Positions 11,135-21,221 of a DNA stretch of 64,000 nt are shown in pieces. The DNA is taken from contig CAWGMQ010000008.1 of the NCBI GenBank assembly GCA_963823665.1, forward strand, positions 1,088,001-1,152,000, in the 5' to 3' direction. A program made the position numbers and the translations under genes. Position 1 is the stretch's first letter, and each line of letters opens with the position of its first letter. The stretch is from an uncultured Planctomycetota bacterium. GTDB taxonomy: Bacteria > Planctomycetota > Planctomycetia > Isosphaerales > Isosphaeraceae. The notes under the pieces were generated by a model. That model saw nothing but the letters and a program-made list of their open reading frames with translations. It did no database searches and had not been told where the DNA came from.

Positions 11135-12498
11135 TGTTGGATCACCCAGCGAGTCTCTGGAACGTTATCGAAGGAGTATCACAACCGGCGAGTCTGGGGC
11201 CCAGTGCGGCACAACCGCACGCGACGGCTGCCGGTGCCGGCTTCCCTCGTGCCGGCTTCCCTCGTGCGGGCGAGCTTCTCGGCTCCGACGCAAAGCGCGA
11301 TCAATCCGATTCGCCGCGCGCGAACGTGAAACCGGTGCTGGTGGTCGTCGACGACGAATCGGACGTTCTGCGTGCACTGCAAGACCTGCTGCGGATGGAC
11401 TATCAGGTGTACACCTTCCGGCAGGGGTCCGAAGCGCTCGATTTCCTGCGCAGCACCCCGCGCGTGCATGTGATTCTCTCCGACCAGCGAATGCCGGGGA
11501 TGAGCGGGGTTGAGGTTCTGCGACAGGCGATGACGATTCGCCCTGAGACGACGCGGCTGTTGTTCACGGCCTATACCGATCTCCGCGCCGTAGTTGATGC
11601 CATCAATCAGGGCAACTTGTTCCGGTATGTGGCCAAGCCGTACGACCCCGACATGCTTTCCGCGGTTTTGCGGCAAGCTGTCGAACATCACGAGCTCATC
11701 GTGGAGAAGAATGCGCTCCTTGCCGAGCTCCAGAGATCCAACACCAAGCTCTTGGAGGCCAACCGAGTGAAGGGAGCGTTCATCGAGGTTGTGAGCCACG
11801 AGCTGAATACGCCGCTCACGGTTGTCCTGGGGATGATCGACCTGTGGAGGATGTCCCAGAGCGCGACCGCCACGCCGGTTGAGCGCCAATGGGTCGACCG
11901 CATCGGCGCCGCGGCGGGGCGGCTGGCACGAACGGTCGACCGGATGCTCAAGCTCGTCCGAAATCGCGACTTCACGCAGTCGCTGAACATCGAGAAGGTC
12001 AGCCTGGCTCCAATAGCCGACCGCGTCGTCGAAGAGCTTTCCCCGTATCTCGAGCTGCGCAGACAGAAGGTCACCGTGCGCCTCGATCCCGACCTGGGAT
12101 TAATCGAGGTTGATCCGAGCAAGATTGCCGATGTCCTGATCAACCTTCTGGCGAACGCGGTAAAATTCACGCCCGACTGCGGCGCGATTCGGCTCGAAGC
12201 TCGCCCGCAGCCGAATTCACCAGGCGAGTTCCGCGTCGAAGTGACCGACCAGGGCGCGGGCGTGCCACAATGCGACCAGGAGCACCTATTCGAACCGTTC
12301 TTCACCGGTTTCGACACCCTTCGCCACTCGTCTGGTGATTACGAGTTCGGCAAGCGCGGCATCGGGCTGGGCCTTTGCCTCGTCAAGACCTTCGTCCAGC
12401 TTCACGGCGGCCGCGTTGAAGTCTCGAGCACGCCCGGATCCGGCTCAACCTTCGCCTTCGTGCTGCCGCGATCTCAGAGCAACCGTGTCCGCGACTGA
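11134..12498 (+). CDS. Hybrid REC-histidine kinase (cytoplasmic)
   Basis: VVDDE, SDQRMP, KP; H-box SHELNTPL; NLLANAVKFT; DQGAG; GIGLGL. TAATG overlap with the upstream gene. Confidence 0.93.
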   Translation: MLDHPASLWNVIEGVSQPASLGPSAAQPHATAAGAGFPRAGFPRAGELLGSDAKRDQSDSPRANVKPVLVVVDDESDVLRALQDLLRMDYQVYTFRQGSEALDFLRSTPRVHVILSDQRMPGMSGVEVLRQAMTIRPETTRLLFTAYTDLRAVVDAINQGNLFRYVAKPYDPDMLSAVLRQAVEHHELIVEKNALLAELQRSNTKLLEANRVKGAFIEVVSHELNTPLTVVLGMIDLWRMSQSATATPVERQWVDRIGAAAGRLARTVDRMLKLVRNRDFTQSLNIEKVSLAPIADRVVEELSPYLELRRQKVTVRLDPDLGLIEVDPSKIADVLINLLANAVKFTPDCGAIRLEARPQPNSPGEFRVEVTDQGAGVPQCDQEHLFEPFFTGFDTLRHSSGDYEFGKRGIGLGLCLVKTFVQLHGGRVEVSSTPGSGSTFAFVLPRSQSNRVRD

Positions 12499-12547
12499 CT
12501 TCGTCTTACCGCGCTCGCAACGGAGTAACTCCGCACGATCCGCTCGG

Positions 12548-13504
12548 TCAGTTGATCGACTTTCGACAGAAGTCGAGCATATCGGCCAGCGTGTTCTGCA
12601 TCGAGTATTGCGGCGTCCAGCCGACGGCCGCCCGCAGCTTCGACGCATCCGCGACCAGCATCGGCTGATCGACGGGCCGCACCAGCGCCTGATCGACGTG
12701 AACCTCGATTGGAAGGTTGGCCAGCGATCGTAGATGCTCGATTGCGTCGGCGATTCGCGTGCCCGATCCGCTTCCCAGGTTGTAAACTTCGCCAGGCTGT
12801 CCTCCCGATGCCAGAAGCCGATAGCCGCGGACGACGTCGCGCACGTCGGTGAAGTCTCGGATCACGTCCAGGTTGCCGACTTCCACGCGGGGCGAGCGGC
12901 CTTTCTCCACCTGGGCGACTTGTTGCGCCAGCGCGGCCAGGACATAACGAGGTGACTGCCGCGGCCCGGCGTGGTTGAAAGGACGGACAACCACGACGTG
13001 GGTTCCATGCGTCAGGTAATGCTGTATTCCCAGGAGATCAACGGCCGCCTTGCTTGCTGCATAGGGGTTATTCGGCCGCAAGGGACAGTCTTCCCTGACC
13101 GGGATCAACTCCGGCGGCGGATTGCCGTAACAGACTCCCGAGCTGACAAGTACGACCCGCGGGCTCTGACCGGAGAGCTTCACCGCCTCGAGCAGGTTGA
13201 AGCTTCCCCAAAAATTGAGAGCCCACGTGGCCCGCGGATCGGCGAGGCTGGCCTGCGGGTTGGATTGCGCCGCCAGATGATAGATCACCTCGGGCTGCTT
13301 GCGACGAATGAGCTCGGCGAGCTTCGCCTCGCTATCCTCGACGAGATTGAAGCGCTCGATGCGTGCGCGCTGACCCAGATGCGCCAGCTCCGCCGGCCAT
13401 CGCCCGGATGCTGACAGGCCAACCACGATGTCGCCTTCGGCGACGAGGTGCTCTGTCAGGTGACCGCCGACAAATCCCGAGATTCCGGTGAGCAGAGCTC
13501 GCAT
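12548..13504 (-). CDS. rmd: GDP-4-keto-6-deoxy-mannose reductase / GDP-mannose dehydratase-family extended SDR
   Basis: TGISGFVG, HLAAQS, YAASK, RPFNHAGPRQ, GNLDVIRDFTDVRDVV. The Rmd-type assignment rests on these motifs only. Confidence 0.8.
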   Translation of the reverse strand: MRALLTGISGFVGGHLTEHLVAEGDIVVGLSASGRWPAELAHLGQRARIERFNLVEDSEAKLAELIRRKQPEVIYHLAAQSNPQASLADPRATWALNFWGSFNLLEAVKLSGQSPRVVLVSSGVCYGNPPPELIPVREDCPLRPNNPYAASKAAVDLLGIQHYLTHGTHVVVVRPFNHAGPRQSPRYVLAALAQQVAQVEKGRSPRVEVGNLDVIRDFTDVRDVVRGYRLLASGGQPGEVYNLGSGSGTRIADAIEHLRSLANLPIEVHVDQALVRPVDQPMLVADASKLRAAVGWTPQYSMQNTLADMLDFCRKSIN

Positions 13505-13905
13505 TAGTGTTGGGTTGTTGTTTCTTCGTGAGCAAGACTCGTAAGGCGGCCAAGTCCCACTGCCAGCTTCGCGAGGACCAGTTGATTCAAGTTCACTCCC
13601 TCCAACGACGCCTCCCGCTCGAGTGCCGCGTGCAGCGACTTGGGAAGCCAGACGACGAACCGTCCACTCTTCTTGGGTGACGCGCCGTCCACCAGCCCGT
13701 GGCGCTCGGTGGCATCAGCGATCAACTGGCGAATTCGCTTGTACTCTTCCGTTTTGACAGACGCTTCCCGCGCTTTGCGCGTGGTGGAGGCTCGCGCCAC
13801 CAGCCCATCGACAGGGTTGAACAGGAAATTCGACAGATCGGCCCACGACTCTGCGTCATGGGCAGCTCGCTCGGCTTCGTCCAGAAGTTCGTGAGTGGAA
13901 GTCAC
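13504..13905 (-). CDS. HicB-like protein with C-terminal ribbon-helix-helix domain (start uncertain)
   Basis: KSGRFVVWLPKSLHAALEREASLEGVNLNQLV matches the HicB C-terminal RHH pattern. Its stop overlaps the ATG of the SDR gene. Confidence 0.75.
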   Translation of the reverse strand: MTSTHELLDEAERAAHDAESWADLSNFLFNPVDGLVARASTTRKAREASVKTEEYKRIRQLIADATERHGLVDGASPKKSGRFVVWLPKSLHAALEREASLEGVNLNQLVLAKLAVGLGRLTSLAHEETTTQH

Positions 13906-14120
13906 GAAATGACCATCGGAATTAACAAGATCGCCTTCTTCAGCATCGACCGACGATACCAGATACGATACTTTGTTGGAACAGCTCAATCGCCGGCTCT
14001 GCTTCGCACGCGCGCCCGTCGGCCTGGTGATGCCAGCGTTCGATTCTTCTGTATGATCACGGGATGTCAGGCGAGGGCGATCTAATCACTGACTTTTTCA
14101 AGTGTCGGTTGGCAGGAGAG

Positions 14121-14148
14121 TTGCGGCGATGAAAACTGATGATATAAT
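14121..14148 (+). promoter_or_regulatory. Candidate sigma70 promoter with extended -10 (TTGCGG-16-TATAAT; TGA-TATAAT)
   Basis: Perfect TATAAT at 14143-14148 preceded by TG, in a strongly AT-rich stretch. Confidence 0.55.
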
Positions 14149-14222
14149 AAAAATTACTTGAAATATCGAGTTGACTTAAATATCAGCGGATTTGCGCATG
14201 CTGAGGAGCGGCGTGCGTCTGT

Positions 14223-14537
14223 GTGAATTCGCTGGCTTTTTTGGAGAAAATCTTGGCGTACATCCGAATCTGGATATCTCCTGACGGCGACTCCTTTGAC
14301 GCGCGGCACGAGGTCAAAAAGTCTCCAGTGCCGGGTATGCAGTCCGAGGCCGAAAGCAAGCTGGCGCTCGAGCGACGAGAGCGGAAGAAGCTGCGCGAAA
14401 AGCGCAAGCAGGAACGTCTCGAGCGGAAACCCGTGCAGCCGGAGTCAAAATGCGGGAATGACGTGTGTTTCAAGAGTCGAGAGACGAAAACTCTAGTGCA
14501 CATCCGATATCAGGACGCCACCCAGGCGAGACGCTGA
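14223..14537 (+). CDS. Hypothetical basic protein (104 aa)
   Basis: GAGGAG upstream of GTG and a promoter-like element upstream; no recognisable family. Confidence 0.4.
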   Translation: MNSLAFLEKILAYIRIWISPDGDSFDARHEVKKSPVPGMQSEAESKLALERRERKKLREKRKQERLERKPVQPESKCGNDVCFKSRETKTLVHIRYQDATQARR

Positions 14538-14573
14538 TTGCAAAACTGCGTCACGCCGATGTAACTTGGGTGG

Positions 14574-14870
14574 ATGAGCCAGTTGATCCGGGAGGTGAAT
14601 CCCGGCGAGCTTCGGCTTCCGCCGAGTCGCGCCAGCGGAGCCGATCCGTGGAAACTGCACCAGCAGATCCGGCAGTTCGGCTCGTCAAAGACCGGGATGC
14701 CGCCAATCCTTGTCCACGAGGATCCGGACGGAATCCTGGAGATCTCCGACGGAGTCACCCGAGCGACCCGGATCGCGAAACTGGCACCCGGACAGTTGGT
14801 CCCTATTGTGGTGATTGGGCAATATCGCCGGAGCCGGGCCGGTTCTCCATGCGTGAGGGATCGGCTGTGA
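14574..14870 (+). CDS. Small ParB/Srx-like N-terminal domain protein (98 aa)
   Basis: MPPILV...LEISDGVTRA resembles the ParB P-I-x-V...dGxxR motif. Confidence 0.7.
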   Translation: MSQLIREVNPGELRLPPSRASGADPWKLHQQIRQFGSSKTGMPPILVHEDPDGILEISDGVTRATRIAKLAPGQLVPIVVIGQYRRSRAGSPCVRDRL

Positions 14871-15100
14871 GCGAGATCGAAATTCGGGCGGACGTGTTTA
14901 CTGCCCTACAGGCTTTGTCAGAGGTCATACCCGAGATGCGGACCGGCCAGCTCATGGCCGCAGTCGGGGAGCTGTGCAGCGATATTCACGGACGCGGCCT
15001 GTGGGACGCCACCGACCCAGAATTGCTCGAAGCAGTCTGGCAGTTTCGACGCAACTACGAGGCGGCTGTCACCCCCACCCATGAAAACGCCACGCCATAA
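14867..15100 (+). CDS. Small helical protein, YihD/DUF1040-like (77 aa)
   Basis: GTGA overlap with the ParB-like gene; L...PEMRTGQL...LWDATDPELL pattern. Confidence 0.65.
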   Translation: MSEIEIRADVFTALQALSEVIPEMRTGQLMAAVGELCSDIHGRGLWDATDPELLEAVWQFRRNYEAAVTPTHENATP

Positions 15101-15260
15101 TGGATTAGAGTCGGCGAAGCCGGGCTCAAGACCGGTCGTCAAGAACCCCATGGCTTTTCCGCACAGGCGACGTTGCGGGCAGCGCGGCGTAAGAGCGCTG
15201 CGATTGTCGAACCAGGCTCGTGCATTCATTGCTTCAGGATGTCGACGACGAGGGTAACCG

Positions 15261-16889
15261 ATGAACGGATTGATGATGGACTGGCCGCTCCTGATCCCGA
15301 GCATTCTACGGAGGGCGTCACAGTTCTTTCCCGATAAGGAGATTGTCAGCCGCCTCGGTGACGGCAGCCTGCACCGAGCGAACTACCGGGAGCTCAACCG
15401 CCGCGTCCACAGGCTGATGAATGTGCTGACCCGCCTGGGCGTCAAGCCCGGCGATCGAGTCGCCACGTTTGCCTGGAACCACTTCCGGCACCTGGAGCTT
15501 TATTTTGCCGCACCGGCTGTCGGAGCCGTCCTGCACACGATCAACATTCGTCTGCCGCGCGAGCAAATCATCTACATCATCAATCACGCCGACGATCGCT
15601 TGATTTTTCTGGACAAATCGGTCGCGTGCCCGATCGCCGAGATGCAGCGGGACCTTCCGTCCGGTCTGGGCTACGTGGTGATGGACGATCTCGGACCGGA
15701 GCCGGCCAGCATCCCCTCGCCGTCACACGACTACGAGACGCTGCTTGCAAGCGAGGCCGACCGCGCCCCATTTCCTGATCTCGATGAAAGGGCGGCCGCC
15801 GGTCTTTGCTATACCTCGGGAACGACGGGCGAGCCGAAGGGCGTGCTCTACAGCCATCGATCGACCGTGCTGCACGCGATGGCCGCCTGCATGGTCGACG
15901 CTGCCGCGATGACCGAGCGTGAGGTCATGCTGCTCACCGTTCCCATGTTCCACGTCAATGCCTGGGGAATGCCCTATTCCTGCACGATCGCGGGTGCCAA
16001 GCAGGTCTTGCCCGGCCCGTACATGATCGGCCAGCCGGTCGCCGAGCTGATCGAGGGCGAGCGAGTGACAAGCGCCGCCGGAGTTCCCACGATCTACAAC
16101 TTGCTGTACCAGCACCTGAAGGAAAAGACGTATGACCTTTCGAGCCTCAAAACCGTGCTGATCGGTGGCGCTGCGGCTTCTCGGACGATGATGGAGAACT
16201 ACCAGCGCGACTTCGGCATCACGATCCTGCACGCTTGGGGCATGACGGAAACTTCGCCTCTGGGTACGATTTCCCGCCTGAAGAGCACCATGGAAGACTG
16301 GCCTCACGAGCGCCAGATCGAGGTGCGGCTCAAGCAGGGGCTTCCCGTGCTGGGAGTCGAGCTCAAGGTGGCCGGGCCCCAGGGTGAAGAGCTTCCCTGG
16401 GACGGCGAGCAAGTCGGCGAGCTGCTCGTGCGCGGGCCCTGGATCGCCAGCAGCTATTACAATAACCCCGGCGCAGGCGCTTCGTTTACCAGCGACGGCT
16501 GGTTCCGCACCGGCGATATGGTGACGATCGACCGCGAGGGCTACGTCCAGATCACCGACCGCAAGAAAGACCTGATCAAGCGCAAGGGAGAATGGATCTC
16601 CAGTGTCGATATGGAAAACGCCGCGCTGGCGCACGCCGGCGTCGCCGAAGCCGCCGTGATCGCCCGGTTTGACGAGATCTGTGACGAAGTACCGGTCGTA
16701 CTTGTTGTCCGGCGCGACCACGCCCGCCAGCCCGTCCACGCACAAGACGTCATCGACGTGCTCTCGAAGACATTCCGAAAATGGCAGTTGCCTGCCATCG
16801 AAGACATCCACTTCGTCGATGCGCTGCCCAAGACCAGCGTCGGCAAGCTCGACAAGAAGGTCATGCGAAAAATGTTGCCGAAGCTGTAA
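15261..16889 (+). CDS. Medium/long-chain fatty-acid-CoA ligase (AlkK/DmdB-like)
   Basis: YTSGTTGEPKG, PMFHVNAWG, WGMTET, GWFRTGD, GEWISS, PKTSVGK. Confidence 0.95.
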   Translation: MNGLMMDWPLLIPSILRRASQFFPDKEIVSRLGDGSLHRANYRELNRRVHRLMNVLTRLGVKPGDRVATFAWNHFRHLELYFAAPAVGAVLHTINIRLPREQIIYIINHADDRLIFLDKSVACPIAEMQRDLPSGLGYVVMDDLGPEPASIPSPSHDYETLLASEADRAPFPDLDERAAAGLCYTSGTTGEPKGVLYSHRSTVLHAMAACMVDAAAMTEREVMLLTVPMFHVNAWGMPYSCTIAGAKQVLPGPYMIGQPVAELIEGERVTSAAGVPTIYNLLYQHLKEKTYDLSSLKTVLIGGAAASRTMMENYQRDFGITILHAWGMTETSPLGTISRLKSTMEDWPHERQIEVRLKQGLPVLGVELKVAGPQGEELPWDGEQVGELLVRGPWIASSYYNNPGAGASFTSDGWFRTGDMVTIDREGYVQITDRKKDLIKRKGEWISSVDMENAALAHAGVAEAAVIARFDEICDEVPVVLVVRRDHARQPVHAQDVIDVLSKTFRKWQLPAIEDIHFVDALPKTSVGKLDKKVMRKMLPKL

Positions 16890-16894
16890 AAAAA

Positions 16895-16926
16895 CTGGAC
16901 TGATATTCCCTCCCGCCGGGCACTAT
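16895..16926 (+). promoter_or_regulatory. Candidate ECF promoter CTGGA-N20-GCACTAT
   Basis: The same bipartite motif precedes the ECF gene starting at 25565 on the opposite strand. Confidence 0.5.
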
Positions 16927-16963
16927 GTGCCGGAACCAGAAATTCACGCGGGAGTAGGACCGG

Positions 16964-19825
16964 ATGGCGGTTGAGCGATCAGAAGCCTCGCTGAAGCACT
17001 TGCGAACCCTCTGGAACGAGGGCGCAATCAGCTCGCTTGGCGATCGAGAGCTGCTCGCGCGGTTCGTCGCGCATACGGGGGATGCGGCCGAGGCCGCGTT
17101 TGCGGCCCTGATGGAACGCCACGCGCCCATGGTTCTCCTCGTCTGCCGCCAAATGCTGGGCGACGAGCATGACGCCCAGGACGCCTGCCAGGCCACCTTC
17201 CTGGTTCTTGCGAAGAAGGCTCGCTCGATCAAGAAGCCGGAAGCGCTCGGTAGCTGGCTGCACGGCGTCGCCCTGCGGGTCTCCGCCAAGGCCAAAACGG
17301 CCGCCGCCCGGCGTCGATCTCACGAACGGCAAGGTGTTCACATGGTTGCACGATCCGAAAGCGATTGGCCGGGAGCCGATCCCTGCCCGGAGCTGCACGA
17401 GGAAATCGCCCGGCTCCCTGAGCGTTATCGATTGCCAGTGGTGCTCTGCTACCTCGAGGGCCTGACCCACGATCAGGCCGCGCGCAAGCTGGGCTGGCCG
17501 TTGGGGACCGTGGAGAGCCGTCTGGCCCGAGCCCGCGGCCGCCTGCGACGGCGACTTGAGCACCGAGGCGCGATGCCCGGTGTCGCACTGCTCGGAGCCC
17601 GCTCACTTGCCGATCTCGCCAAGACAACCGTTTCGTCGGGCTGGATCGAGGCTACGGCTCGATCCGCAACCCAGTTCGCAGCCGGTGAAACCGCGGCCGC
17701 CGTCGCCTCGGCCAACGTGGCATTCCTGACACGAGAGACCCTGAACATGATGACGCTCTCGCAGATCAAGCTCGCAATCGCCTGTTCTCTTGCCGCGGTC
17801 GCGGTCGCAACGGGCGTGGTGGCCGTCGTTCGCGCGGTACCGGCGGCGACATCGCAACCGCCTCTGATTGCGGCGATTCAGCCGGGCCCACCCGCCGCGG
17901 AGCGGGCGAAGCCTCCGGAGCCGCCAGTCGCACCGGTGACGATCAAGGTCCGCGGCCGCGTGCTTGATCCGGCGGGACGTCCACTCCAGGGCTCGCGATT
18001 GTGGCTCGCGTTCCAGGGCACTGACTGGACGTGGTCGAACCGGGTTCCGGAGGTCCGGGCCACCTCGGGTGCAGACGGGCGTTTCGAGTTCACCGTCTCG
18101 GACAACGATCCCGAAGTCAGCCGTGCCCTGCGCATGACGTCCGGCTGGCCCGATGGCTTCGGCGACATCCAGATCCTCGCCTCGGCAGACGGTTTCGGAC
18201 CGGCCTGGACCCCGCTGGCGGCCATCAAGACCGAGATCGAGCTGCGACTCGTTCCCGACGACATCCCGATCGAAGGCCGCCTGCTCACGCTCGAAGGCCA
18301 TCCGATCGTCGGCGCCACCGTGAAAACGCAGATGGTGGAGGATGCGGCTCGATCTAAGACCACCTTCGGAGCCCCGTCTGGCTTCTTCCAATCGGCGACG
18401 ACCGATGCCGAAGGCAGGTTTCGACTGACGGGGTTCGGCCGCGGGCGGCGGGTGATGCTGGGCTTTGCCGGCGGCGGGATCAAGCGCGAGGAAGTCCAAG
18501 CCGTGACGGGAACCTTCCCGGCGGATCATCCCACCCGATTTCGCGGGATCGCTCAAGTGGGGCCGAAGTTTGAGCACCTATGCAAGCCAGGCAAGTCTAT
18601 CGAAGGAGTCGTCCGAGATCTCGACACCGGGGCGGCACTCCCCGGAATCACGGTGAGAGCGGAATTTGGAGGCTATGCCTGGGCGACCACCGACCAAAAC
18701 GGCAGGTATCGGATCGAGGGATTGGACAGCTCACCGACGCGGCGAATGACGGCCTCGGCACGCGGGGGCGATCAGCCGTACCTGACCTCCGAGCGGACGG
18801 TGAACGACAAGGCCGGTTACGACACGATGGCAGTCGACTTCAGTCTGTTGAAGGGCGTCGTCGTCACCGGGCGCATGACTGACCGCGCAACCGGGAAGCC
18901 CGTGCAGGCCTGGGTGGGTTACGCAGCAATGCGAGACAATCCGCACTGGTCGAGAGCCCCAGGCTTTACTCAGGTCCCCGGGATCGGCAACGGCTACCGG
19001 CCTATCCACTACGTTCCGGCAATGGCAGACGGCAGCTACCGCCTCGTCACTCTTCCGGGGAAGGGTTTCCTCGTCGCGTTCATCCAGTATCAATCCGACC
19101 GCTTCCTCCCCGCCGGCGTCCCGAACAAAAGGAAACCGGGCGCACCGGCGGATGCCCTCGACGTCCACTATGACACGGTGCCGTTCGAGCTTTTCCCTTC
19201 CAATTTCCCCGCAGTCAAAGAGATCGATATCGCCCCCGGAACGGAAGCGATTACGCGCGATCTGACTTTCGACTCAGGCGTGACACGTATCGGCACCGTC
19301 GTCGATTCTGAGGGGCATCCACTCGAAGGCACGACCACCATGGCCGGCGAGACGCGTGAGCAGTTCTACCGACTCAATGCGATTGACGGCTCCAAATTCA
19401 CAGTCTACGGTCTGTTCCGCGATCCGAAGCTGTACCGCACGGTGATTTTTCGCAATGAGGCGCGCGGGCTCGGCACGACGCTGCGGGTCGACGGCAGCGA
19501 TGCCGGCCCGATCAACGTTCGCCTCGATCCATTGGCCAGCCTCACCGGCCGGTTGGTCGACGAGTCCGGAAAACCCCGCAAAGACGCTGAGATGCGACTG
19601 CTGCGGATCGTGGAGGAGCCATACGTTGGGGCCAACGGCGAGTTCTCACCCCCGCTGCGAGCGACGACCGACGGCGATGGCCGATTCCGCATCGATGGCA
19701 TCATTCCGGGCACCGCCTACTGGCTCCAGACATCGGAAGGCCGGTTCTTCAATCGGGATTTGTGGACGCCCAGACCCGCCGAGAAGAAAGACCTCGGCGA
19801 CATCACACCCAAACCGGTGAGCTGA
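16964..19825 (+). CDS. Membrane-anchored ECF sigma factor with carboxypeptidase-regulatory-like beta-sandwich repeats (953 aa)
   Basis: DAQDACQATFLVLA, SWLHGVA, LPERYR...YLEGLT...GTVESRL; TM segment; repeated GRV.D..G.P...TDxxGRF. Confidence 0.93.
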   Translation: MAVERSEASLKHLRTLWNEGAISSLGDRELLARFVAHTGDAAEAAFAALMERHAPMVLLVCRQMLGDEHDAQDACQATFLVLAKKARSIKKPEALGSWLHGVALRVSAKAKTAAARRRSHERQGVHMVARSESDWPGADPCPELHEEIARLPERYRLPVVLCYLEGLTHDQAARKLGWPLGTVESRLARARGRLRRRLEHRGAMPGVALLGARSLADLAKTTVSSGWIEATARSATQFAAGETAAAVASANVAFLTRETLNMMTLSQIKLAIACSLAAVAVATGVVAVVRAVPAATSQPPLIAAIQPGPPAAERAKPPEPPVAPVTIKVRGRVLDPAGRPLQGSRLWLAFQGTDWTWSNRVPEVRATSGADGRFEFTVSDNDPEVSRALRMTSGWPDGFGDIQILASADGFGPAWTPLAAIKTEIELRLVPDDIPIEGRLLTLEGHPIVGATVKTQMVEDAARSKTTFGAPSGFFQSATTDAEGRFRLTGFGRGRRVMLGFAGGGIKREEVQAVTGTFPADHPTRFRGIAQVGPKFEHLCKPGKSIEGVVRDLDTGAALPGITVRAEFGGYAWATTDQNGRYRIEGLDSSPTRRMTASARGGDQPYLTSERTVNDKAGYDTMAVDFSLLKGVVVTGRMTDRATGKPVQAWVGYAAMRDNPHWSRAPGFTQVPGIGNGYRPIHYVPAMADGSYRLVTLPGKGFLVAFIQYQSDRFLPAGVPNKRKPGAPADALDVHYDTVPFELFPSNFPAVKEIDIAPGTEAITRDLTFDSGVTRIGTVVDSEGHPLEGTTTMAGETREQFYRLNAIDGSKFTVYGLFRDPKLYRTVIFRNEARGLGTTLRVDGSDAGPINVRLDPLASLTGRLVDESGKPRKDAEMRLLRIVEEPYVGANGEFSPPLRATTDGDGRFRIDGIIPGTAYWLQTSEGRFFNRDLWTPRPAEKKDLGDITPKPVS

Positions 19826-19839
19826 CCGGGGAGCTTGCG

Positions 19840-21211
19840 ATGCACTTCCGATCGCGATTCGAACGAGCGCGCACACCCTGGGCCGCCTATCAACCGAGCG
19901 AATCGGCTCCGTGGAACCTGCGCAGAGTCGTGCACTTGCATCGGTGCGCGGCCTTTGGCGCCCCTGGAATGTGCTCGAGCGCGACCTGCGTGAGGGCGTC
20001 GGACCGAGCGTCGAGCGCTTGCTGCAAGGGAAATCCCGTGAAGGAAGTGTTCCCGCCGGCTTCACTCAAGTTTCCGCGTTGGCCGCCGAGGCTGCGATCA
20101 CCACCAATGACCCCGAGCGGCTACGGGCGTGGTGGATCTACCGAATGATCTTCGGGCCGGACCCCCTGGGCGAGCGGCTCACGCTCATGTGGCACAACCA
20201 CTTCGCCACCAGCAATGCCAAGGTCAACAACCTCGCGCTCATGCGCCGGCAGAATGAGGCCTTTCGCGTTCGTGCCCGCGGCCGATTTACTGATCTGCTC
20301 AACACCGCCGTGCGCGACCCGGCGCTCTTGATCTGGCTCGACGCTCCCAGCAATCGCCGGGAACATCCCAACGAAAATCTCGCTCGCGAGCTGATGGAGC
20401 TGTTCACCCTTGGCGTCGGCCACTTCTCTGAAGCCGACGTCAAGCAGGCCGCTCGCGCTTTGACGGGCTGGACGGTGAAGGATCAGAAGTTTGGCGAGGA
20501 TCCCGAAGCACACGACGGCGGCGAGAAGGAGATTCTTGGCAGACGAGGAAACTGGTCAGGGGCAGACCTGATCAAGATTCTGGTGGAAAGCCCCGCGACG
20601 TCTGTTCGCCTGGCGTGGCGCATCTGCGACACATTTTTGGGCGAAGAGGCCGTCAGCCCATCGGAGATTGAAGCGCTGGCAGAGGAGCTGCGCCGCCATG
20701 ATCTGGACGTTGCGTGGGGCGTGGAAACGGTTCTACGATCGGAGGCGTTCTTTGCCGAATCCAACCTCGGTCGTCGCGTGCTCTGCGCCGGTCGAATACG
20801 TTGTCGGCGCGGTCCACGCACTCGAGCTGGACGACCCGCCCCCGAGCACGGTCGCCCTCGCGGAGGAGATCGCACTCCAGGGGCAGGACCTCTTCTACCC
20901 GCCGAACGTCGGCGGCTGGCCAGGCGGCCGGAGCTGGCTCGAGCCTCGAGCACTCGTCCGTCGCGCCAACTTCGCCGCCGCCCTGGTGGCGGCGCACTTG
21001 CCTGGTCGCAGCACGCCACTCACCGCGGAATCATTTGCTGCTTGTCACGATAAGCCGCGTGACCGCGACGGCGCGACTCGGGTTTCTTGAAGATGTTCTC
21101 CTTGGAACGAGAACGCGATCCGGCAGCCGCACAACGATGCCGAACACCCGGAACGCTGCTCGCATCGCCGCAGGCCCAATCGTTCTGATCAATCTTCCCT
21201 CTTTTACCTGA
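19840..21211 (+). CDS. DUF1800 family protein (about 3 frameshifts)
   Basis: ERLTLMWHNHFATS, PNENLARELMELFTLG, GQDLFYPPNVGGW. Segments are spread over several frames. Confidence 0.88.
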
Positions 21212-21221
21212 CGAGGCTCTC

